From Blastocatellia bacterium (GTDB lineage Bacteria > Acidobacteriota > Blastocatellia > DASRDY01), in contig DASRDY010000170.1 in assembly GCA_035652355.1 (NCBI GenBank), forward strand, positions 9,037-73,036: a DNA stretch of 64,000 bases, given 5' to 3'. Of the stretch, positions 39,365 to 46,545 are shown one piece after another. The notes beneath the pieces are model-generated. The model saw only the letters and a program-made list of their open reading frames with translations, did no database searches and was not told the DNA's origin. The position numbers were made by a program, and so were the translations under genes. Position 1 is the stretch's first letter. Each line of letters starts with the position of its first letter.

Positions 39365-40018
39365 CTAGATTTCGGATTTATGGTCAAAGGCAAATTTGAC
39401 CAGCGCGTGGCTGCCCTGCAGGTTCAACTTTTCGCAGATGCGTGCGCGGTGATTTTCTATCGTGCGGTGACTCAAGCACAATTCGTTTCCGATCTCTTTG
39501 CTGGTTTTGGCTTCGGCGATCAATTTCAAAATGCGGCGTTCTGTTGGGGTCAAATTATGAACACCAGGTTTGGTTTGTTCGAATGATGTTGCGTGCGAGC
39601 TTCGATTCAAGAGGTGTTTCGATAAGGCAGGGCTGATATAAGGCTGGCCGGCGGCCACCGATTTAATACTGCTGACGATCTCTATAATCGCGCTGTCCTT
39701 CAGAATATATCCGTCAACCCCGAGATCCATTGCGGCATTAAACATGAACTCCTTTTTATGCATGCTCAGATAAATGATTTTGACTTGAACGCCTTGTTCT
39801 TTTAAAGCTCGTACAACATCGAAGCCATCCATTTTAGGCATGTCTAAGTCGAGAACCACGACATCCGGCTTATGAGTCTGGATTTGCAACAGAGCAACTT
39901 CCCCATCATCGGCCTCAGCGACTATCTTCAAATGCCGATCTGATTCAATTATTTGCCGCAAGCCGTGGCGAAAGACGGGATGATCGTCAGCAATCACAAT
40001 CCTGATTTCATTTTCCAT
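39365..40018 (-). CDS. NarL/FixJ (LuxR)-family two-component response regulator
   Basis: The receiver reads IRIVIADDHPVFRHGL. The LuxR HTH reads LTPTERRILKLIAEAKTSKEIGNELCLSHRTIENH. It lies 4 nt downstream of the kinase gene. Confidence 0.85.
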   Translation of the reverse strand: MENEIRIVIADDHPVFRHGLRQIIESDRHLKIVAEADDGEVALLQIQTHKPDVVVLDLDMPKMDGFDVVRALKEQGVQVKIIYLSMHKKEFMFNAAMDLGVDGYILKDSAIIEIVSSIKSVAAGQPYISPALSKHLLNRSSHATSFEQTKPGVHNLTPTERRILKLIAEAKTSKEIGNELCLSHRTIENHRARICEKLNLQGSHALVKFAFDHKSEI

Positions 40019-40021
40019 CCT

Positions 40022-43000
40022 TCATCCCTTTATATCAATTGCTATCGCTATCGATGTTCCTTCGCCTGGTGCCGAATGAATGACATGTTTACCACCGAGC
40101 ATGCGCACGCGTTCTGATATACCGATTAAACCAAAGCCCGTCGTAGTCGAAGATTCCGCAGCTTTCTGCCCTTTGTCAAATCCGCAGCCGTTATCCGCAA
40201 CCTCGACATGAATCGCATCGGGGTCGCGAGTGATGGTGACGCTGGCTTCAGTCGCTTTCGAATGCTTTATTATATTGTTAATACATTCCTGGATAATACG
40301 ATAAAGATTGATTTCCTCTTCCTTGGAAAAGATTCCGTCTATAGGTTCAATCGCTACGGAGAATTTAATCGGCAAAGATTCTGAAGCGTCCGACACCAAC
40401 AATTGAATTGCTTTTGTGAGACCAAGTCGATCCAGTTGATATGGGCGCAAATTATATGCAATCTCGCGCACCTCATCTATGGCTTGCGAGGCAGAGTCTG
40501 ATATTTCAGTTAACTGCTCAATCGCTCGATCGTGATCTGCCGGAGTTGTCAGGCTGAACAGGGCGCGGTTTTTTATGATCAGCAGATTCTGACCCAGGCT
40601 GTCGTGCAATTCGCCGGCGATTCTTCGTCGTTCGCCTTCCTGCGAAGCCAGCAACTGGCGCGAGAATGTTTCCTGGGCAATCCTTGCGCGGTCCAACTGC
40701 CGGACGCGATAGTTATAACCAATCGCAGCGAAACCTATTACTGCTGCCATAGACAAACCGATAAACCACCACGTGCGATAAAACGGAGGATAGACAATTA
40801 TTCGCAGGGTCGCCCCTTGATTGTTCCAAACGCCATCGCTGTTTGCGGCAATAACCCTGAACGTGTAATCGCCCGCTGGCAGATGCGTGTAATAGGTCAC
40901 GCGTCTGTATCCTGCCGTGGTCCAGTCGTTGTCCAGTGGCTCAAGTTTATATTTGAATTCGACATTCTCCGGCTTGATGAAACTGAGCGCGGCATAATCG
41001 ATTTCAAGATCGTCCTGACCAGGTCTCAGCTCAATTGGTTTTTGCAGATCCACATCATTGCGGTCCAGCAACGCCTTTTCAATTACCACTGGTGGAGCGA
41101 CGGGATTGAAGGAAACCGCTTCCGGGTTGACAACCGCGACGCCGTTAGATGTTGGAAACCAGATTCGACCATCATGGGCTTTAAGCGCCGAAGGATTCCG
41201 GCCGCCATTGCATTCGGTATTGAGCATGCCGTCGGCCTTGCCATAAGACACAGTATTAATATTGGTAATCTTTCCGTTTGCAAAATCATTCAGATCCTGT
41301 TTGCGAGCGCGATAGATACCCTGATTGCTGCTCATCCAAAAGTTGCCGTGGGCATCTTCGACTATCGCAAAGACGCCATTGCTGAACATTCCTTCTTTTG
41401 TTGTGTAGCGTGTGAATTTGCCATCCTTGAGGCGATTCAATCCGCCATCGTAAGTGCCTATCCACAAAACACGATCGCTGTCTTCATAGATAGACCGGAT
41501 TCGATTGCTGGAAAGTCCATCTTTCTCTGTATAGAAAACCAATCGTCCATCCACGTATTGCGCAAGACCGTTATAACTGCCTATCCAGATTCGACCGTTG
41601 CGGTCTTCATATATTGGCTGAACCATCCCAGTCAATCCATCTTTATCATCAAACCATTTTCTTTGACCATCCTTAACACGCATCAACGCACTACCAAGGC
41701 CCACCCAGAACGCGCCACTCTGGTCCTGGTAAATCGCGTCTGGCCATGCGGATGTTTTCCAATTGGCGCTCATCTGTGTGTCGTAAACAAATTTTTCGTC
41801 CGTAAACCGGCACAACCCCCAGGCTTGGCCGAACCACAAATTACCCTCGCGATCCTGGTAAATAGACCATACCGCTGTTGTTGGCTCGTGACCTTTCTGG
41901 CTTTGAGGGGCAAAGTTGAATGGATAAAAGGTAAATTTACCGTCTTTGAATCGATTGACCCCTTGACCGCCAATCCAGATGTTCTCAGCTTTGTCTTCGA
42001 AGATTGGATAGAATATTTTCCCGTGCATTCCGTCCGCTTCTGAGTACGTAGTTATAACCTGACGCGTTAAATGCGTAATCCCGTCATCATATGTGCCTAC
42101 CCATAAGGTTCCTTCGCGATCCTCAAAGATCGTTTCAATCTGATTGGTAGGAAGCCCCTGAGTCGTTGTATAGGTAGTAAACTTGCCGTCTCTGAAACAT
42201 ACAAGTCCGCCGCCGCTTCCGAACCACATTGTGCCTTCGTGATCCGCAAAAAACGAAGTGAATCGCGAGTGCGGCAAACCATCTTCACTACCAAAGCGAG
42301 TCGTCACTCCATCTTTGAAAGTAAACAACTCACCATCATTCCAGGTTCCGATCCAAAGGCGACCTTGATGGTCCTCGTATATCTGGTCCGTAATAAATGT
42401 TTCTTTACCGCCGGGCGGAATCGTATACTCAGTCGCCTTTCCGTCCTTTACTCGCCGCAAATGCGAGCCCACCCGATACCACTCGTCCCCTGACGGACCC
42501 AGAATGCCAAGGTCATTATCCGGACTTGATTTATCTGTGGTGATTGAAACAAACCTTTCGCCTTCTTTGCGTCCGACGCCGTTTGATGTCTGAACCAGCA
42601 AGTCACCGTTTGGACGGCGGCGCACTTTAGCGACCAGATCGGCTGGCACACCGTCATCGGTAGTGTAAGTTTTAAATGTGTTGTTTTGATAATGCGTTAC
42701 GCCGCCATCTTCTGAACCGATCCATAATGAGCCATCCGTGTCTTCGTATACGCATCGAAGGCGATTGCTCTTCATCCCCTTTGAATTGGCTTTATTGAAT
42801 ACTGTATAGCTTGCTCCGTCGTAGCGCACCAATCCATCAAGCGTCGTGAACCACAAAAACCCGTCACGTGTTTGCAAAATGTCATAGATAGAATTCTGCG
42901 GCAATCCGCTGTCGGTGTTCCAGTTGTGGAAACGATACTGAGCCGGCGTCACTGCGGATGAAATGAATAACATCGCGGAGAAAAGGAATGCACAAAATAA

Positions 43001-43084
43001 CCACCAGCCTTTAAACCGGCGACGTGGGATAATGAAATCCCAGGGGAGCTTTTGGCTCACCAGCTTGGAGAATGATGAGATCAA
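40022..43084 (-). CDS. Sensor histidine kinase with periplasmic two-component-regulator-propeller (Reg_prop) repeats, a Y_Y_Y domain, one TM helix, a HisKA_3 domain and an HATPase_c domain
   Basis: Repeated DGxLWIGTxxGL propeller motifs. A TM helix follows WWFIGLSMAAVIGFAAI. The H-box reads ELHDSLGQNL (HisKA_3). The C-terminal ATPase G-boxes are present. Confidence 0.8.
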   Translation of the reverse strand: MISSFSKLVSQKLPWDFIIPRRRFKGWWLFCAFLFSAMLFISSAVTPAQYRFHNWNTDSGLPQNSIYDILQTRDGFLWFTTLDGLVRYDGASYTVFNKANSKGMKSNRLRCVYEDTDGSLWIGSEDGGVTHYQNNTFKTYTTDDGVPADLVAKVRRRPNGDLLVQTSNGVGRKEGERFVSITTDKSSPDNDLGILGPSGDEWYRVGSHLRRVKDGKATEYTIPPGGKETFITDQIYEDHQGRLWIGTWNDGELFTFKDGVTTRFGSEDGLPHSRFTSFFADHEGTMWFGSGGGLVCFRDGKFTTYTTTQGLPTNQIETIFEDREGTLWVGTYDDGITHLTRQVITTYSEADGMHGKIFYPIFEDKAENIWIGGQGVNRFKDGKFTFYPFNFAPQSQKGHEPTTAVWSIYQDREGNLWFGQAWGLCRFTDEKFVYDTQMSANWKTSAWPDAIYQDQSGAFWVGLGSALMRVKDGQRKWFDDKDGLTGMVQPIYEDRNGRIWIGSYNGLAQYVDGRLVFYTEKDGLSSNRIRSIYEDSDRVLWIGTYDGGLNRLKDGKFTRYTTKEGMFSNGVFAIVEDAHGNFWMSSNQGIYRARKQDLNDFANGKITNINTVSYGKADGMLNTECNGGRNPSALKAHDGRIWFPTSNGVAVVNPEAVSFNPVAPPVVIEKALLDRNDVDLQKPIELRPGQDDLEIDYAALSFIKPENVEFKYKLEPLDNDWTTAGYRRVTYYTHLPAGDYTFRVIAANSDGVWNNQGATLRIIVYPPFYRTWWFIGLSMAAVIGFAAIGYNYRVRQLDRARIAQETFSRQLLASQEGERRRIAGELHDSLGQNLLIIKNRALFSLTTPADHDRAIEQLTEISDSASQAIDEVREIAYNLRPYQLDRLGLTKAIQLLVSDASESLPIKFSVAIEPIDGIFSKEEEINLYRIIQECINNIIKHSKATEASVTITRDPDAIHVEVADNGCGFDKGQKAAESSTTTGFGLIGISERVRMLGGKHVIHSAPGEGTSIAIAIDIKG

Positions 43085-43257
43085 AAGGACGAGACTCCAT
43101 CAAAGATGATAAAAAACTTAATATAATGCGCTGAGGCATTTATGGCAATCCGGGCATGACCTTCCTGGACGAATGATAACCAACAGAGTCAAAAGAGCAT
43201 AAGGAAAATTGCTCGGCGTCAATTGTCGCGTCTCTAGCGTTTAGTCCGCCCACCTGC

Positions 43258-43384
43258 AGCCACTGCATAGCATATTCTGCGAAGTCGGAGAAAATCTCGA
43301 CGGGTTTGGATACTCAGGAGCAAAACTCCTGTCAAAGGTGCGCAAAACCTTCATTCATCGGTTCGATTCCGATCGCCGCCTCCA
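43258..43384 (+). repeat. Copy 2 (contiguous, 127 nt) of the tRNA-like repeat. It has an anticodon-like arm AAGGT-GCGCAAA-ACCTT, a T-arm ATCGG-TTCGATT-CCGAT and acceptor strand CGCCGCC-T-CCA.
   Basis: The 3' half folds like a tRNA, but no complementary 5' acceptor strand is present, so it is not a complete tRNA. It lies exactly at the junction where the C25 peptidase fragment is truncated. Confidence 0.5.
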
Positions 43385-43385
43385 G

Positions 43386-43702
43386 TTCTTTAGGAACCAA
43401 TGGTTCGCCCAATGTAAATAGGTCCAGTTAAGGAAGTCCTTGACTGCTTGCGGTGAGTGAACTCCATAACTGAATTCATTATAGATACTCTCCACATCGG
43501 CAATCGCAATCTTGTAACCTTGGCTTCGTCTGAGTTCTGCCAGTGGCCGGATACTCTGCGCAAAATCTTTGTGAGTAATGATTACAAAGTCTGCTCCCGC
43601 ATCTTTATTAAGCATCGACGGTTGACTGGCAGTGATCGACAGCGGGCGCATCATCTGATCCGTGGCGAATACCAGCAGATTGCGTTTTCTTCGCCCCTGC
43701 AA
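43386..43702 (-). pseudogene. N-terminal fragment of a peptidase C25 (gingipain-like) family gene, truncated at the tRNA-like repeat
   Basis: The sequence DFVIITHKDFAQSIRPLAELRRSQGYKIAIADVESIYNEFSYGVHSPQAVKDFLNWTYLHW matches the conserved C25 N-terminal region. The ORF then reads through into repeat sequence, ending WRRRSESNR*. Confidence 0.45.
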
Positions 43703-44146
43703 TACTTACTGAATAGACGCCGTTTTCGCCGCCCTCTATCATTCCCTGTAATTCTACAGGCTGCGACGCGCTGGCTACATCGATTGCTCTGATCTGATTT
43801 GATGTGAAACCATCTACGATGATAGATTGATAACAATTGCGCTCCCTGAGTCTCTCCCTCAGCAATAGCCCCACGCAAGGTTTTGCCGTCCATTGCCAGC
43901 ACTTCATCGATAGTTGTCTCTGGTTTTGGGCTTGCCTGCTGGCACAGATAAAGTCAAGCTTTCTCCTCTAACTGCTCCACTTCGATAAAGCTGTGCAGCA
44001 ATCCTCGATAGGTGCTTTCGTGCGGCATCCTTCCAGCTCAGGCAAAGCGCTTCTTTGAGTCTCTGAGCACGCTCTGTTATTCGGTCAGCGATCTCTGTCG
44101 GCTTGTTTGCTCCACATAATTTGGCAAGCAGGATTAAGATAATCAA
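43608..44146 (-). pseudogene. Degraded ISAs1-family transposase remnant (N-terminal DDE_Tnp_1_assoc-like region and the start of the DDE domain, in two frames)
   Basis: The sequences LLAKLCGANKPTEIADRI and MLAMDGKTLRGAIAEGETQGAQLLSIYHRR resemble ISAs1 transposases. It is frameshifted and truncated to about 170 aa. Confidence 0.4.
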
Positions 44147-44443
44147 TGCTTAGAGCTGGTAGCGCAGACCGCGAGCTTTACGCTGGTCTTTAATCTCACC
44201 TAATAATTCAGCTAAAGTTCGGTACGAAGCACTCGCTATGATGGTTGTTCTAGGCTATATTGCATTTAGACCTTCCTTTGACTGGCTATTCTGGTTTTTT
44301 TGATTTAAACAGCTATCTCAGGAAGGTTCCACGCTTATTTGTCAAGGTTCCACACGTTAAAGCGACTTTGCAAGGACCCTGCTGCCTGCTGATTGGAAGG
44401 TGGACAAAAACGCTGCATTACCTTATCATTACAGGCTTTTGCG

Positions 44444-44899
44444 ATGACCGAAACTAACAGCATATATCAGGCTGCTTTCTCAAACGACGTCCCGGATATA
44501 AAGAACGATCCATGGGTGATCTCGTTTGAGCGCAGGTTGTTTCGATACCTGTACGCCACTGTCGGTCTGACGGTTCTGATTGGCGCTATAGCGACGCGGA
44601 ACGTTTTACTGACAGCGGCAATTGCGCTGGGCGCGGCACTGGGTATATTTAATTATCGCTGGATGCGGTCGAGCCTTCTGGTAATTCTCGGTTCTGGCTC
44701 GTCAAAGCCGCCACAAGGCACGGCGTTTAAATTTATCTGGCGTTATCTGGTGATCGCTGCGATTATTTTTGCTGCGCTCAGCATCGGTCATCTGAATCTG
44801 GCGGCGATAATAGCTGGATTGCTTGCAGCGATGATCGGACCGCCGATAGCGGAAGCTGGCTACCAGTTTTTTACGGTTATAAGAGATCGCAATTGGTAA
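44444..44899 (+). CDS. AtpI/AtpZ-like small membrane protein preceding atpB
   Basis: A hydrophobic protein with 3-4 TM helices, directly upstream of atpB. ORF 44393..44899; the internal start at 44444 is preferred. Confidence 0.45.
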   Translation: MTETNSIYQAAFSNDVPDIKNDPWVISFERRLFRYLYATVGLTVLIGAIATRNVLLTAAIALGAALGIFNYRWMRSSLLVILGSGSSKPPQGTAFKFIWRYLVIAAIIFAALSIGHLNLAAIIAGLLAAMIGPPIAEAGYQFFTVIRDRNW

Positions 44900-44926
44900 C
44901 ACACTTGACGGAGTGATTACTCACTT

Positions 44927-45871
44927 ATGTTTTTATCTTATCTCCTCCAAGAAGGCGGCGAAGCCACAAAAGCCGCGGCCGAACACGCAGAAAAAGCGGG
45001 CGCCGAAGTGCCCTGGCTGGTCGAGCAGGTAAATCACCTGCTAGGACCGCTCGCATTCGACATCGAGAAATCGATCATGCCGCCGATCTATCACGCGGTG
45101 AAGATATTCGGCGCCGAATGGCCGGGTGCGCGCTTTACTGACGGTCACGACGCGCTTGCGCACGGTTATTTGCCGATCCCGACGCACGTCGTTATGGCGA
45201 CGATAGCTTTTCTGGTTTGCACTGTTGGTCTCTACTTGTTTCGCGGAAAGCTTTCGGTCGACAAGCCCAGCTCGCGCCAGCACGTTCTGGAGTTGATCGT
45301 CCTGCAGGTTCGCGAGATGCTGACGCAGATCGTCGGTCCTTTTGGCCCGCGTTATCTTGCAGTCATTGCCTCGTTTACATTGTTTATATTGATTTCGAAC
45401 CTGATGGGATTGTTGCCCGGTTTAACCGCACCGACCGTCAGCATCAATGTTACCCTGGCGCTGGGCATCACATCATTTCTTTATTATATAGGGATGGGAT
45501 TCAAGCAGCAGGGGCCGAAATACCTGATGCACTTTTTTGGCGGACTGACCGGGATACTGCTGATAGGGATTGGTCCAATCATTTTCGTCGTCGAGCTGGT
45601 CAGTAACTTTGTCAGACCGGCAACGCTTGGCATTCGTCTTTTCGTCAACATTTTCGCCGACGAGAAGATCGCCGAAGCATTCGCCAACATTCTTCCGATC
45701 GGTCTGCCCATAGCGACAATGGCGCTGGGCACATTCGTAGCAATAGTTCAGGCTTTCATTTTCATAACGTTGTCGATGGTGTATTTGAGCGAGACCGTGC
45801 CTCACGAAGAGCACGATCACGAGCATGGCGCGGCAGAGCACGGCGAAGTCGCCCACGCTGCGGCTCACTAG
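44927..45871 (+). CDS. atpB: F0F1 ATP synthase subunit a
   Basis: A polytopic protein with the conserved C-terminal region LGIRLFVNIFADEKIAEAF (the R of aTM4). It has a His-rich C-terminal tail. Confidence 0.85.
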   Translation: MFLSYLLQEGGEATKAAAEHAEKAGAEVPWLVEQVNHLLGPLAFDIEKSIMPPIYHAVKIFGAEWPGARFTDGHDALAHGYLPIPTHVVMATIAFLVCTVGLYLFRGKLSVDKPSSRQHVLELIVLQVREMLTQIVGPFGPRYLAVIASFTLFILISNLMGLLPGLTAPTVSINVTLALGITSFLYYIGMGFKQQGPKYLMHFFGGLTGILLIGIGPIIFVVELVSNFVRPATLGIRLFVNIFADEKIAEAFANILPIGLPIATMALGTFVAIVQAFIFITLSMVYLSETVPHEEHDHEHGAAEHGEVAHAAAH

Positions 45872-46094
45872 GATCAGAGCGGCAAATACGAAGATTTTAT
45901 ATTTTCATAATAACCGATTCGTGTGCGCTGTTTCTGATTGTCGTCAAATTCTCAGAAAAGATGAAAACGGGTCATTAATAAAACAGGATCTTGCAAACGT
46001 CGCTGGAGCTTGGCTGTTATCGTTGAAAGTATACCGGGCGTCGATCTAATCCCTGATCCGTTTCATTGCCTCTGAACAAAAACAGGAGGATTGA

Positions 46095-46406
46095 ATGCGT
46101 AAATTCAGGTTTTTCTTTTTAACGACGGTTGCGATTCTCGCGGCCAGTATCGGTGTGTTCGCTCAGGCTACCGGAACTCCGCCTGCGGGTCACACGTCCT
46201 ATGTTGATTTCGCTCCGTTCGCAGTGGCAATTGCAGCCGCAATCGCTTCACTGGGAGACGGACGCGCAATCGCTGCCGCCTGCGAAGGTACGGCGCGCAA
46301 CCCCACTGCTGGTGGACGTATCTTCACGATGATGATTCTTGGTCTCGCACTGATCGAAACACTCGTGCTGTTTACGTTTCTGACCGTCGCTCTGTGGTTC
46401 CACTAA
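46095..46406 (+). CDS. atpE: F0F1 ATP synthase subunit c
   Basis: The sequence reads [25 protein letters not shown]...[17 protein letters not shown] (proton-binding E). It has an N-terminal extension; the true start may be later. Confidence 0.8.
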   Translation: MRKFRFFFLTTVAILAASIGVFAQATGTPPAGHTSYVDFAPFAVAIAAAIASLGDGRAIAAACEGTARNPTAGGRIFTMMILGLALIETLVLFTFLTVALWFH

Positions 46407-46428
46407 AGAGAAGGTTAGCTGGACAGCA

Positions 46429-46457
46429 AAAAGGCTCGCCACGGCGAGCCTTTTTGC
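46429..46457. terminator. Bidirectional rho-independent terminator (AAAAAGGCTCGCC-ACGG-CGAGCCTTTTTG)
   Basis: A perfect GC-rich hairpin flanked by A-run and T-run, between convergent atpE and the M16 peptidase gene. Confidence 0.65.
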
Positions 46458-46545
46458 GCATTGAAGTTCAGAGTACAAGCTTTAGCTTGCGTGTCTCCGA
46501 GAGCAGCAGCCTAAAGGCTGTACTCTAAACGTTATTCGTCTTCGA

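Noticed and set aside
40532-42043. 503-aa plus-strand ORF
   Set aside because: It lies antisense inside the well-supported sensor kinase gene. Its composition is repetitive and Cys/Arg-rich, typical of a shadow ORF.
43258-43384. Complete canonical tRNA gene (anticodon GCA)
   Set aside because: The anticodon arm, T-arm and acceptor 3' strand fold. Position 33 is C, not U, and there is no complementary 5' acceptor strand or D-arm. It is treated as a tRNA-like fragment.
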